The notes: generated from the letters alone by a model not told the origin. Positions 1-10,732 are shown, numbered from the stretch's first letter. The stretch: DNA of 64,000 bases from Candidatus Marinacidobacterales bacterium (GCA_965224085.1 CBDCYI010000005.1:1984001-2048000); one strand, 5' to 3'. Numbers and translations: made by a program.

Positions 1-2
1 TT

Positions 3-224
3 CAGGTCGCGATGGGAAGGGTGCCGGAGAACAATACACCTCGCAAGCGACACGTCTATTGGTTCAACTACGAAACCCTTGCCCGCGTCGTCTCCACGGT
101 CGGACTCGAGGTCGGTGCCGAGCGGCACCATACGTTCAAGTACGACCACCCGTGGCTCGCTGCGTCTTTGCGGTGGCTCGGTCGATTACATCCACCCTTG
201 CTCTCGTTGGTATTGTCAAGTTGA
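3..224 (+). CDS. 3' end of a probable class I SAM-dependent methyltransferase (partial, runs off window)
   Basis: Frame open from window start; HVYWFNYETLARVVSTVGLEV resembles the H-x-x-x-F...L..L....G.EV C-terminal motif of Methyltransf_23-like proteins. Confidence 0.4.
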   Translation, partial: QVAMGRVPENNTPRKRHVYWFNYETLARVVSTVGLEVGAERHHTFKYDHPWLAASLRWLGRLHPPLLSLVLSS

Positions 225-315
225 GGTCTCAAGCTCGAAGCGGGCCGCTAGATGATGGGCCTTGAGCGCACGGCGTTGCCAATATCTTGGGGTCGGATCG
301 GCCCTGAATGCCTCA

Positions 316-987
316 ACTAATAAGAAACTCAGGGTGTAGCGTTGGCAAGAGGTGTGAGAGTGACGTCAAAACCGAGCTCCCTTAGGCGTCGTGTCATTCG
401 TATTGTGAGCTGTTCCTTGTCGCGTTGATGGAAGTAATCGGCACCCAGTTCCCGGTATGGAATCTCATTGTGGAGCATGTAGTAGACGGCGGTGATGATG
501 GAGGCGGCGACGGCGACGACAGCTTTCTTGGGGCCCCGACGAGATTTGAGCCGGAAGAACTGGGCACGCAGATAGCTGTCGCGCTTGCGGCTTGCCGCCC
601 AAGCGGCTTGGACAAGAGCGGTCTTGAGCCATGGAGCCCCTTTGCGGGTTTTCTGAGAAAAGCGTTTACCGGCACTCTCATGAAGCCGTGGGCATAGACC
701 GGCCCAAGAGCGAAGGTGTCCGGCCGTTGGGAATGCCGAGACATCGGGTCCGATCTCGGCGACGAGAATGGCCGCCGTGGCTTCACTGATGCCCGGGATC
801 GTCACCAGAAGCTCGATGGCCGATCGAAAAGGGCGCAGGCTCTCTGTGATACGGGATTCGAGCGCGCTCACTGAGGCTTCAAGCTGCTCGATATGATTGA
901 GATGAAAACCCAACAGGAAACGATGATGGTCGGTAACGTAGCCCTCGAGCGCTGCGCTCAATTCCTGTTCAGTGGCTTTGAGTCGGC
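316..987 (-). mobile_element. IS110-family transposase, C-terminal half only, with probable right end
   Basis: LVTIPGIS..AAILVAEIG..S.FPTAGHLRSWAGLCP..HESAGK and KKAVVAVA motifs (Transposase_20); N-terminal DEDD RuvC domain absent; stop codon at 331-329. Confidence 0.9.
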
Positions 988-1767
988 TTGAAGGAGGAAC
1001 GCCAACGTCGCCCCAAAGAGAACCAGCTGGCCTGACAGGTGCAGCGCTAGGGCCGGGGCCGACATCCGACACCTCAGGTGTGCGAAGAATGGAACACTGA
1101 GGAGAAATGTCGTTTCCTTGTTCCAGAGCGCTAGAGCGTAGACAGCGTAGAACAGCACCCACTGCCGTCGCCAGAGAAACGTGAGACCGAGCGTGAACAG
1201 CGTCAGGGCCGGGAAGTCGTAGAGCGTGTGCGCACCGAAGCCCCCGAAAAACGCGGGGAGCATGCAGAGGGCCATCAGGGCCAGAAGATCGGGTGTGCCT
1301 TTCGAGGAGAACTCGTAGAGACTCTCGGCAAGGACCCTGAATGCGAGCGGGAAGCCCACGAGGGCCACGTAGGACAGCGCGATAGCGATCAGAGATTCAA
1401 GGAAGTGACGGCGGGGCACCCGGAACTCACGAGCCGCACGCCGCATGGCTCCGGTGTCGAGCCTTGCTACCAGCCAGTCGGCCACGGAGTCGGGCACGGC
1501 AGACCTGATCAGAAGAGCCGTCGATGGCACCAGCGTCCGGCGGACCCAAGGCTTTTCTGCCTCACCATGGATCATCGCGGGGACCGTAGCTTCGACGTTC
1601 CTCAGGCGTAGGTGGGTGACCTGCAGGCTCCAATCTACCCCTATCCAGGAGACGAAGATCGGAAGCGCAGCAGCCGTGTAGACCGCCAAGCGGAGCAGGC
1701 CGCTTGAAGCTCTGCGCGTCGCTCGGCGCCCGCCCTGGTCCTCGACACCTGATGTGCTCGAACTCAT
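958..1767 (-). pseudogene. Polytopic membrane protein (GT-C-like), 3'-truncated by fusion to IS110 fragment
   Basis: Several hydrophobic helices, LYDFPAL and LALWNKETT motifs; last residues (ADSKPLNRN) are read out of frame from transposase DNA. Confidence 0.55.
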
Positions 1768-1830
1768 TGCGCCTTCAATCAACGGAGCCTCCTCCAGCAG
1801 ATGCCTTGGCAACGACACTTGCCTTCATCA

Positions 1831-2098
<268 letters not shown>

Positions 2099-2100
2099 TA

Positions 2101-2259
2101 CCGCATTCATCGCTCGGGCCAGGCCTTCCCACCACCTGTGTCGAGCTTCCGATGAAACCGGACCAGCACCGGCATCAATTACCCGCCCAGCGCGCCGTTG
2201 CCTCGAGGCCGGTCCTTGGTGGGCTCCATCACGATTACCGGTTGTCACGCGTCGCCTGA
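2101..2259 (+). mobile_element. C-terminal fragment of an integrase-core (rve) transposase
   Basis: Manual translation PHSSLGPGLP...RPVLGGLHHDYRLSRVA* matches the typical RPHSSL / LGGLHHEY tail; not in ORF track. Confidence 0.75.
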
Positions 2260-2404
2260 AGGACCTAGCTTCTCGCGGGGAACACCGCGTTCTTTCTCAA
2301 GCACGTTATTGCGTCGGTGGCCCGGCAGCGACAGAGTGCAGAACCTCCACCGAGGCGAACACGAGTTCGCAGGACTTCAACTCCCATGGCTGTCTGCCCG
2401 TCAA

Positions 2405-2921
2405 TACGCGATCTTCTTTTTTGCGGATCACACCCGCGCCAGGTCGCCTACGATGGCGCGTTTTCTTCAAAGGCAAACTTGGAAGCCATCAAAGGCAAGG
2501 GAGTTGAAGATGTTGCCTTTACCAAGGCTCAAGGTTTCGCCGTGACCGATATGGTCAAGAGTTCCTGGGTCTATCAACGCCTGCGGCGATTTCGCTGCGG
2601 GATCGAAGGCGTCATTTCGTTCTTGAAACGAGTCTTTGGTCTCGACCGATGCACATGGCGCTCATTGCCTTCTTTTAAATCGTACGTATGGGGTTCTATC
2701 ATCACCTGCAATCTACTGGTGATGGCGAGACATCTATTAAGATCATAACTATTACTCTTCCGCTCCCATAGCCATGGATTGCTGACGATTCGCCTCTCGT
2801 TTCGTCCAAGATTTTCATTCGCTTCCGAGCCTACGAGGTGCCGACTGAAAACGTATAATACCCACATCTTCGATAGGCCTCTCGTACACCACAAGTTATG
2901 GTGTTTCTGGACAGGTACTAG
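2405..2921 (+). mobile_element. ISNCY (ISDol1-like) transposase C-terminal fragment with probable terminal sequence
   Basis: RQVAYDGAFSS...MVKSSWVYQRLRRFRCGIEGVISFLKRVFGLDRCTW; stop at 2748; lower-GC tail ending ...GGACAGGTACTAG. Confidence 0.75.
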
Positions 2922-3075
2922 TTAGTAAAATTCGTCACTGCTCGCTGTCAACGATAACCGTCAGGTCAACCGGGATGTGCCCGTAACAAAAGTGCAAACA
3001 GACGCTCGTCGGGCCTGCTTCGCTTTGGATTCTCGTCGTCGGCCCACTGTCGAATCCTCCCTATTGCTATCGATT

Positions 3076-3105
3076 GTTGACCCGCAAGTCAACTTCTTTG
3101 ATAAT
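3076..3105 (+). promoter_or_regulatory. sigma70 promoter with overlapping palindromic operator
   Basis: TTGACC(3077-3082)-17 bp-GATAAT(3100-3105); palindrome GTTGAC-N6-GTCAAC at 3076-3093. Confidence 0.7.
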
Positions 3106-3134
3106 CACGTCTCTGTCCAGAGCGCGTTTTGACA

Positions 3135-4182
3135 ATGGCAACGCTCGGTGCCAGCCTCGCCCTCACCGGGCCCGAGACCGTCTATGCCAATCAGCTGCGC
3201 CACGCTCTGGAGCTGGCCCTCGAAGATGCCGGCACTCCGTCAGTCTCCTTGTATATCGAAGACGACGCTTCCGAGAAAGAGGAAGCGCGCGCCGCCGCCT
3301 GAACGGCTCGCGGCGGACCCTGCTGTTTTTGCGGTCGTCGGCCCGATGAACTCATGGACGGCAGAGGTCCAGGCGCCGATTTTCGCCCGTGCCGGACTCG
3401 CCCAGCTGACGCCATCGGCATCCAAACCCGAGCTTTCCCAGCGGCGCTGGGCGAGCTTCTTTCGCATGTGTGCCAATGATCTCGAGCAGGGGAAGGTGCT
3501 CGCCAGGCTCGCCGCAGATGTGCTCCACTCCCGCTCGGTCGGGACGATCCACGACGGTACCTCCTTTGGCGAGCCTCTCGCCAACGTCTTCGCCCAGGAA
3601 TCCGAGCGACTGGGAATGGACGTCTCGTGCCGCTTGGGGTTACGCTTTGGCGAAGAGTCTTCCTTCGTTTCTGCGGCGAGAGCCGTGGCGCGGCACCAGC
3701 CGGATGCGGTCCTGGTGGTGGGACTCGAAGACCCGTGCCGGGATGTGGCTCGCGCCATGCGAGAAGAAGGGGTGAAAAGCGTCTTCCTCGGCACCGACGC
3801 CATCAAGCCCACTCAGGTGCTCGTCACCCCCGGCTTCGAGGGCCCCTATCTGACCAATGCCGGGACCCACGCCGCCGATCAGATCCCGGAGTTTCACCGC
3901 CGGTTCGAATCCCGATTCGGAACGCACCATTCCATCTACACGGTGGAAGCATACGATGCGGCGCGCTTGCTGGTCGAAGTGATGAACGACGTCGGACGGG
4001 AGAGAGCGCGGGTAGTCGAGGCTCTGAGAAGTCTCCACTTCGAAGGCATGAGCGGGTCCATTCGCTTCGACGACAATGGGGAGAGACGTAATCCCGTGAT
4101 CGGGTTTTACCGCTACGACGACGGCCTCCACTACCTCGGAACCGCTCACCAGGTGCTGTCGCGCGGGGCAGAGGCTTCGTGA
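3135..4182 (+). pseudogene. Branched-chain amino acid (LivJ-type) substrate-binding protein, frameshifted at ~3300
   Basis: ATG 3135 gives MATLGASLALTGPE...IEDDASEKEEARAAA* (TGA 3300); the +1 frame continues ERLAADPAVFAVVGPMNS...FEGMSGSIRFDDNGER; could be a sequencing indel. Confidence 0.75.
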
Positions 4183-4910
4183 GAGCCGCTTCCCGCGACC
4201 GGGCCGCTCTCGTCTGCGGCGCCGCCGGGGAGCTTGGGTGCGCCGTGGCCAATCGACTCGCTCGTGAAGGTACGGCACTCGTTCTCGTCGACGTCGATGA
4301 GCCCTACCTCGAGCGCGTGGCCGGACAGGCCAGCGATTGGAAAACACCGGTTGCTCAGGTGGTCGCCGATCTGACGACTGAAAACGGGCGGCTGCGATTG
4401 GCGACAGCGCTGTCGGAGCTCACTGGAGCAATACCATCGGTGCTGGTAAGCCACGCCCGCATCGAAACGCGCGCACCGTTCCTCTCCGTAGAACCGAGAG
4501 ACTATCGCCGCCAGATGGACGCATCGGTCGAAGCGGCGTTCTTTGCCGGCCAGCAATTGGCATGCCAGTGGATCGAGTCCGATAGCGCGGGAGTGGTGGT
4601 CCACATCGCGTCCATTGCCGGCACGGTGCATTTCCCGGAGCGCTCCGCCTGCGCCACCGCCATGGCGGCCCTCCGGGGATTGACGGGCGCGATGGCCTAC
4701 GAACTCGCACCGCACGGTATTCGTGTCAACGCGGTCGCTCCGGGATGCCTGGAAACGGCTGTGAACGGGATCGAGCGCACCTCCGTCCCCGCCGGTCGTC
4801 TCGGATCCGCAGACGAGGTCGCAGGAGTCATCTCGTTCCTCGTCTCCGAGCGCTCCTCTTACATCACCGGCCAGACGATCACCGTGGATGGAGGCTACTC
4901 GCTTCAGTGA
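4179..4910 (+). CDS. Atypical SDR-family protein lacking catalytic YxxxK
   Basis: GAAGELG, RVNAVAPG, YITGQTITVDGG present; SACATAM at the YxxxK position. Confidence 0.85.
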   Translation: MRAASRDRAALVCGAAGELGCAVANRLAREGTALVLVDVDEPYLERVAGQASDWKTPVAQVVADLTTENGRLRLATALSELTGAIPSVLVSHARIETRAPFLSVEPRDYRRQMDASVEAAFFAGQQLACQWIESDSAGVVVHIASIAGTVHFPERSACATAMAALRGLTGAMAYELAPHGIRVNAVAPGCLETAVNGIERTSVPAGRLGSADEVAGVISFLVSERSSYITGQTITVDGGYSLQ

Positions 4911-5647
4911 AAGACAAGCGCCTCCGGGACAAAGTCGCGATCGTCACCGGCGGTGGTCGTGGTATCGGCTACGCGACCGCGGTGGAGATGTGGCGTGAGG
5001 GAGCTCGGGTCTTCGTCGCCGATCTGCCGGAACGTGGTCTGCCCGAGACGGAACTCCCTCTCGAGCGCGTGCCGGTGGACCTCACCGAGCCGGGCGCTGT
5101 CTCGAGTCTGATGGAGCGGGTCGTTTCGAAGGCGGGGGCGCTCGACGTGCTGGTGAACAACGCCGGCCTGTTGCTCTCGAGACTTGTGCAAGATGTCACT
5201 CGGGAAGACTGGTCGCGGCTCATGGCGGTGAACCTCGAGGCGGTGTTCTTCGCCAGCCGCGAGGCGGCGTCGATGATGAGCAAGCGAAACGGAGGCGCTA
5301 TCGTCAACATCGCGAGCACATCGGCGTTCGTCGCCTGCGGGGGGCAGGCCGTCTACGAAGCCTCGAAGGCCGGGGTCGCAATGCTCACGCGCTCGATGGC
5401 GGTGGAAATGGCGCCCGACAACATTCGCATCAACGCGGTTGCTCCCGGCCTCATCGAGACCGACATGACGAGGTCTCTTTTCGGGAGCCAGGAAAAGCTG
5501 GCGTCCCGGGTTCGCGAAAAAGTACCTCTGAACCGCGCCGGAACGCCGGAGGATATTGCCAAAGCGATCGTGTTTCTCGCATCCGAGGACGCGAGCTTTA
5601 TCTACGGCGAAACGCTGGTCGTCGACGGCGGCTGGTTGCTTTCGTGA
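4907..5647 (+). CDS. SDR-family NAD(P)-dependent oxidoreductase
   Basis: GTG start overlapping upstream stop; TGGGRGIG, NNAG, YEASK. Confidence 0.92.
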   Translation: MKDKRLRDKVAIVTGGGRGIGYATAVEMWREGARVFVADLPERGLPETELPLERVPVDLTEPGAVSSLMERVVSKAGALDVLVNNAGLLLSRLVQDVTREDWSRLMAVNLEAVFFASREAASMMSKRNGGAIVNIASTSAFVACGGQAVYEASKAGVAMLTRSMAVEMAPDNIRINAVAPGLIETDMTRSLFGSQEKLASRVREKVPLNRAGTPEDIAKAIVFLASEDASFIYGETLVVDGGWLLS

Positions 5648-5658
5648 GGGCATCGAGG

Positions 5659-5793
5659 ATGGAAGATATCAACCTGCTGTCGCATTGGTTGTTTCTCTAT
5701 GGGCCCCTGATCCTCTACCTCGTGATCGGCATCGTGGTGCACCTGAGCTACGGCAAAGGTGGACGAGGTACGAAGAAAGAGGACGCCTCCTGA
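5659..5793 (+). CDS. Small (44 aa) single-TM protein, putative symporter accessory subunit
   Basis: Manual translation MEDINLLSHWLFLYGPLILYLVIGIVVHLSYGKGGRGTKKEDAS*; TGATG overlap with symporter start. Confidence 0.7.
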   Translation: MEDINLLSHWLFLYGPLILYLVIGIVVHLSYGKGGRGTKKEDAS

Positions 5794-7331
5794 TGTCCGG
5801 CATCTCCATCGCATTCGTGCTCTACCTGAGCGCGATCATCGTGATCGCGGTGAAAAGCATGCGGGCCGTCGGCTCTACGACCGACTTCCTGCTGGGAGGC
5901 CGCAAGATCGGTGCTGTCGCGACGGCAATCAGTGCCGCCTCCTCGGCCCGGAGCGCATCCAGCATGATTGGCCAGGCGGGTCTCGCTTTCATGATGGGGT
6001 TCCAGGCGATCTGGATCGTTTTCGCTTCGACCATCCTCGAGTACCTTGCCATGCTTTATTTCCTCGGTCCGAAGCTGAGGCGGTTCTCCGGTCGTCGGGG
6101 TGCCATCACCATCCCTGAATATCTAGAAGAGCGTTTCCAGGATCGCGGACACGTGCTGCGGGTCACCTGCGCGCTGGCCTTGATCGTCTTCATGATCGCC
6201 TACGTCGTCTCGCAATACGTGGGGATGAGTTTCACGATCTCGCAGGTCCTGAACTGGCCGCTCGTTCCCGCGGTGATTCTCGCCGCCGTCATCACCGCGA
6301 GCTACACCATGATCGGTGGCTATCGGGCGGTCGTCCATACCGACGTCATGCAGGGTTGCATGATGGCCCTGGCCATGCTGGTGGTCCCCGTTCTCGCCTG
6401 GCGATCGGCGGGCGGGCTCGAGAATGTCGTTCGCTCGCTGAACGAGATCGGCGGCACGGATCTCTCCGGTGTCATCGGAAGCGGCGGCTATCCATTCGCC
6501 ATCGGCATGCTCTTTGCCGGTCTCGGGGCCTTCGGGAATCCTCACATCGTCATCCGTTACATGAGCATTCGATCCGTGAGCGAGCTTAAGCTCGCCGCCT
6601 TCATCAACCTCATTTTCAACATCATTATCAACTGGGGCGGGATGTTCATCGGGCTGGCGGGACGGGTCCTGTACCGGGACGTCTCGGCCCTGCCTTTCGA
6701 GAACCGCGAGATGATCTTCTTCGAGGTGAGCCGGAACATGGTCCCGTACAGCTTCCTGGTCGGGATCATGTGGGCGGGGGTGTTCGCCGCGATGATGTCG
6801 TCCGCCGACTCGATGATGCTGGTCGTTACTTCGTCGGTCAGCCGCGACATCTACGAAAAAGTGATCAAGGCCGGGGAGAAGATTCGAGAAGGGGATCTGG
6901 TGCGAATCGATCGCCTGGTGGTCCTGGGTGTCGTGCTGATCTGCCTCGTGCTCACCTTCTTCCTAGAAAAGTCGGCTCTCCTGATCGCTCTGTTCGCCTA
7001 TGGGGGCTTGGGCGGAGCGCTCGGTCCCGTGATTCTTCTTTCACTCTGGTGGCCGCGCATGACAAAGTGGGGTGCCTTTGCCGGATTGCTGGGAGGGATT
7101 GCGATGGCCGTCGTCTGGCGATTCACGCCGGCGCTGGTGGCCATCGTCGCCTACGAGGCTCTTCCGGCGTTCCTGTTCTCGCTCGGCGTGGCCGTCATCA
7201 TGAGTCTCTTGACCCGGCCCACGCCGGATCCGAACCTGTTAGAAGATCTTGGGGTCCGCGCGAGAATAAGTGCCCATTCTTGGGTGTCGAGGCGCCCGTC
7301 TGGCAAGGCGCGAGAAGCGAATAATATGTAG
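5793..7331 (+). CDS. Sodium:solute symporter (PutP/OpuE-like)
   Basis: DFLLGGRK, AITIPEYLEERF, YTMIGGYRAVVHTD, GNPHIVIRYM, AAMMSSADS; many TM helices. Confidence 0.93.
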   Translation: MSGISIAFVLYLSAIIVIAVKSMRAVGSTTDFLLGGRKIGAVATAISAASSARSASSMIGQAGLAFMMGFQAIWIVFASTILEYLAMLYFLGPKLRRFSGRRGAITIPEYLEERFQDRGHVLRVTCALALIVFMIAYVVSQYVGMSFTISQVLNWPLVPAVILAAVITASYTMIGGYRAVVHTDVMQGCMMALAMLVVPVLAWRSAGGLENVVRSLNEIGGTDLSGVIGSGGYPFAIGMLFAGLGAFGNPHIVIRYMSIRSVSELKLAAFINLIFNIIINWGGMFIGLAGRVLYRDVSALPFENREMIFFEVSRNMVPYSFLVGIMWAGVFAAMMSSADSMMLVVTSSVSRDIYEKVIKAGEKIREGDLVRIDRLVVLGVVLICLVLTFFLEKSALLIALFAYGGLGGALGPVILLSLWWPRMTKWGAFAGLLGGIAMAVVWRFTPALVAIVAYEALPAFLFSLGVAVIMSLLTRPTPDPNLLEDLGVRARISAHSWVSRRPSGKAREANNM

Positions 7332-7463
7332 ATATATGAGCATCTTGGCGGAAAGCGGCGAGCAACGCAGTCAGACGGGATGGACCGGCGTCCAAGAATC
7401 GGTAGTCATTTTTGCGCGGGCCCCTAGGTTTCCGCCGGCCTCGGAAACGGATGTGGAGCTCCG

Positions 7464-8225
7464 ATGAGATATTCTTTCAATGACCAAGTGGCGATCGTGA
7501 CCGGCGCCGCCGGGGGGATCGGAAGCGCGGTTTCGAAACGCTTCCTTTCCGAAGGCGCACGCGTCGTCCTTCTGGATCTTCCCACCTCGCGCGTTGTCTC
7601 CTTTGCGAAAGAGCTGGACGAGACCGAGAAACGTGTGATGGCCGTTGCCGCCGACGTCACCCGGCAAGAAGACGTTCGCGGCGCGGTGCACGAGGCGAAG
7701 GAGCGCTTCGGCTCGGTCGACATCCTCATCAACAACGCCGGTATCGCCCCGAAGTCGCCCTTCCTCGAGCTCGATATGGCCACCTTCGACAAAGTCATGG
7801 CGGTCAACGTTCGGGGCTCGTTTCTCATGGCCCTTGAATGTGCCCGGGAAATGGTGCGCCAGTGCCGCGGATCGATCGTGCAGATTGCCTCGACCTGTGC
7901 GTTCTCGGCGGGGGCCTCCCGAAATCTTTCCGCCTACAACATGTCCAAGGCCGCAGTGCGCCAAATGGTGCCGAGCCTGGCGGCCGAGCTGGCGCATCTC
8001 GGCGTGCGCGTCAACGCCGTGGCACCCGGCACCATCGACACCGAGATGACGAGGGCCTGCATTCCCGATGAGGATTCGGTGGCAGGGGCCCTCGGTAAGA
8101 TTCCGTTGCGCAGCTTCGGCGAGCCGGAAGACATCGCCGCGACCTGCGCGTTCCTGTGCTCACCGGACGCGGCCTACATCACCGGGCAGACGGTCATCGT
8201 CGACGGCGGCTGGCTCATCAGCTGA
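7464..8225 (+). CDS. SDR-family oxidoreductase
   Basis: TGAAGGIG, NNAG, YNMSK. Confidence 0.93.
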   Translation: MRYSFNDQVAIVTGAAGGIGSAVSKRFLSEGARVVLLDLPTSRVVSFAKELDETEKRVMAVAADVTRQEDVRGAVHEAKERFGSVDILINNAGIAPKSPFLELDMATFDKVMAVNVRGSFLMALECAREMVRQCRGSIVQIASTCAFSAGASRNLSAYNMSKAAVRQMVPSLAAELAHLGVRVNAVAPGTIDTEMTRACIPDEDSVAGALGKIPLRSFGEPEDIAATCAFLCSPDAAYITGQTVIVDGGWLIS

Positions 8226-8282
8226 TGTCTTTCGCCTGAAAGGTTCACTATGGCCCTGGACTGAGGCATCCCTCTCGAGAGG

Positions 8283-8326
8283 TTGACACTTTCGAGCCGC
8301 TCCTGTATTTTCGACCGGCGAGTCAA
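8283..8326 (+). promoter_or_regulatory. sigma70 promoter and downstream operator
   Basis: TTGACA(8283-8288)-17 bp-TATTTT(8306-8311); TCGAC-N6-GTCAA at 8311-8326. Confidence 0.65.
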
Positions 8327-8351
8327 ACTCTCGAGCCCGCACCGAGGACAG

Positions 8352-9113
8352 ATGGCCAACTCCCTACAAAGTCGGGTCGCTCTCGTCACCGGAGCGGCGG
8401 GCGGCATCGGAAGGGCGATCTGCGAGCGGTTTCTTGCGGAGGGGGCGCGGGTAGCCCTTCTCGACGTTGCTGGGTCGACGATCGCCGATGCGACCGCCGA
8501 ACTCGATCCGACGGGAGAGAGAGCGTTCGCACTCCCAGCCGACGCGAGTGTCGAACAAGAGGTGCAGCAGGCGGTGGCCGCTGCCAAGGATCGGTTCGGC
8601 TCGGTGGACATCCTCGTCAACAACGCGGGGATCCCGGGGATGGGCGCGTTGTTGGACACGGAAATGGATCGTTTCGACCGGGTCATGGAGGTCAACGTCC
8701 GCGGCTCTTTCCTGATGGCGCGAACCTGTGCGGGGGAGATGGTCCGGCAGCGTCGCGGGTCCATCGTGCAGATCGCCTCGACTTTTGCTTATTCCGCGGG
8801 GGCGCTTCGTCACTTCTCCGTTTACAACATGTCGAAGGCGGCGGTGCGGCAGATGGTTCCCAGTCTCGCCGGCGAGCTCGCACCGCACAACGTGCGGGTA
8901 AATGCGGTGGCTCCGGGCACCATCGATACCGCATTCGCGAGGCAATGCATGCCGAACGAAAAATCGGTCGAGATGACCCTCCGGAGGATTCCACTCCGCC
9001 GCTTCGGCCAGCCGCACGACATCGCCAGTGTGTGTGCTTTTCTGTGCTCCGACGATGCCCGCTACATCACCGGCCAGACGGTGGTGGCCGACGGCGGCTT
9101 CTTGATTGGGTGA
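8352..9113 (+). CDS. SDR-family oxidoreductase, paralog of 7464-8225
   Basis: TGAAGGIG, NNAG, YNMSKAAVRQMVPSLA shared with upstream gene; GAGGA RBS. Confidence 0.93.
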   Translation: MANSLQSRVALVTGAAGGIGRAICERFLAEGARVALLDVAGSTIADATAELDPTGERAFALPADASVEQEVQQAVAAAKDRFGSVDILVNNAGIPGMGALLDTEMDRFDRVMEVNVRGSFLMARTCAGEMVRQRRGSIVQIASTFAYSAGALRHFSVYNMSKAAVRQMVPSLAGELAPHNVRVNAVAPGTIDTAFARQCMPNEKSVEMTLRRIPLRRFGQPHDIASVCAFLCSDDARYITGQTVVADGGFLIG

Positions 9114-9121
9114 GGTCCGCA

Positions 9122-9538
9122 ATGAAAACTATCCAGAAGCGTCTCTCCGAGATTCCACTGACCCGAAGCGTCATTCCGACCAACAAGGGCACGACCCATT
9201 ACAAGCGTGCCTACGAGCGCGGCGCCGACGGCGTCGTGGGTCCCTGGGAATGCGTCGACTACATGATCATCCCGCCCGGAACCCAGTTCGGTGTGCACAT
9301 CCACGACGGCTCGGAGGAAATGTACTTCCTCATCAAGGGGCGCGGCACGGCGCTGCTCGACGGTGAGGAGCACCCGGTAGGCCCGGGAGACTTCTTGATG
9401 TTGCAAAACGGCGGGGCCCATGGCCTCCGGAACGATGGCACCGAGGACATCGAGCTTCTCTGCGTGTGCGTCTACCTCGGCGATGATCACAACCTGATTC
9501 CCGTCTGGGACGGGACGGACGCGGAGGCCGAACGGTGA
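9122..9538 (+). CDS. Cupin domain protein
   Basis: GVHIHDGSEEMYFLIKGRG and GGAHGLRN cupin motifs. Confidence 0.88.
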   Translation: MKTIQKRLSEIPLTRSVIPTNKGTTHYKRAYERGADGVVGPWECVDYMIIPPGTQFGVHIHDGSEEMYFLIKGRGTALLDGEEHPVGPGDFLMLQNGGAHGLRNDGTEDIELLCVCVYLGDDHNLIPVWDGTDAEAER

Positions 9539-10719
9539 GCGGGCGGCGGCCGGCGCGACGGTTGGACGACGTAGAGATCTCGGGCATTCGAGAGGTCCTC
9601 GAGGCGCTCACCGCATGGTCCGGTGAAGGCAAACCGATACCGTTTCACATGGGGATGCCCGACTTCGACACGCCCCAGCACATCAAGCACGCGCTCTACG
9701 ACGCGGTCGACGAGGGATTCGTGCGCTACACGTCGAGCCTCGGCATTCCGGATCTGCGTGCCGCTCTGGCGCGAAAGCTGGCTCGTGAGAACGGTATCCA
9801 GGCCGACCCCGACAGGAATCTCGTCATCACTTGCGGGGCGAACGAGGCCATCAGTGCTGCCATCCTCGCTCTCGTCAACCCGGACGACGAGGTGATCCTT
9901 CCCGATCCGGCCTGGCCTCACTACGTCTACTGCCTCCGTCTCGCGGGCGCGAGGCCGGTCCAGTGCTCCCTCCGCGAGGAAGAAGGATTCGCCATGACGC
10001 CCGAGGCGGTCACCTCGCTCTGGAGCGACCGGACGCGTATGGTGATTATCAACTCGCCGCACAACCCGACCGGAGCGGTCATGTCGCGCGACCAGATTGA
10101 AGCGATCGCAACGATGGCCCGGGACCGGGGTGCCTGGCTCCTTTCGGACGAGCCCTACGAGCGCATGGTCTATGAAGGCGAGCATGTGAGCCCCGCCTCC
10201 CTTCCCGACATGGAGGATGCGGTCCTCACCGTGGGTTGCCTGTCCAAAACCTACGCCATGACCGGGTGGCGGCTCGGCTATCTCTGCGGTCCCGCGCAGG
10301 CGGTGGAGAGCGTCAACCGCGTTCATCTGTACACCGTCAGCTGCGCGGTTTCCTTCGTTCAGAAGGCGGCGATCGCAGCGCTCGACGGCGACCAGAGCTG
10401 TGTCGACGACATGGTCTCTGCCTATCGCAGGCGGCGGGACCTCGTCGTCTCGCTGCTTCGCGAGATTCCCGGTGTTCGCACCGAAAAACCCGCCGGCGCG
10501 TTTTATGCCTTTCCGAACGTGACCGCCTTCGGCCTGCCGTCGAGGGAGGTGGCGATGCGTCTGGTCCGCGAAGCGGGCGTCGGCGCCGTGCACGGATCGG
10601 CCTTCGGAGCAGCTGGCGAGGGCTACCTGCGGATCGCCTACGCCTGCTCGGAAGAGGAGATACGCGACGGAATCGGACGCATGAGGGAGGTGCTCGCCAC
10701 CTTGCCCCATGGTGCATGA
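9535..10719 (+). CDS. PLP-dependent aminotransferase class I/II
   Basis: GMPDFDTP, NSPHNPTG, SDEPY, SKTYAMTGWRLG. Confidence 0.95.
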   Translation: MSGRRPARRLDDVEISGIREVLEALTAWSGEGKPIPFHMGMPDFDTPQHIKHALYDAVDEGFVRYTSSLGIPDLRAALARKLARENGIQADPDRNLVITCGANEAISAAILALVNPDDEVILPDPAWPHYVYCLRLAGARPVQCSLREEEGFAMTPEAVTSLWSDRTRMVIINSPHNPTGAVMSRDQIEAIATMARDRGAWLLSDEPYERMVYEGEHVSPASLPDMEDAVLTVGCLSKTYAMTGWRLGYLCGPAQAVESVNRVHLYTVSCAVSFVQKAAIAALDGDQSCVDDMVSAYRRRRDLVVSLLREIPGVRTEKPAGAFYAFPNVTAFGLPSREVAMRLVREAGVGAVHGSAFGAAGEGYLRIAYACSEEEIRDGIGRMREVLATLPHGA

Positions 10720-10732
10720 CAGGAATCTCGCC

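Noticed and set aside
225-328. Possible IS110 bridge RNA
   Set aside because: The element seems to end a few bases after the stop codon, and no supportable structure is visible.
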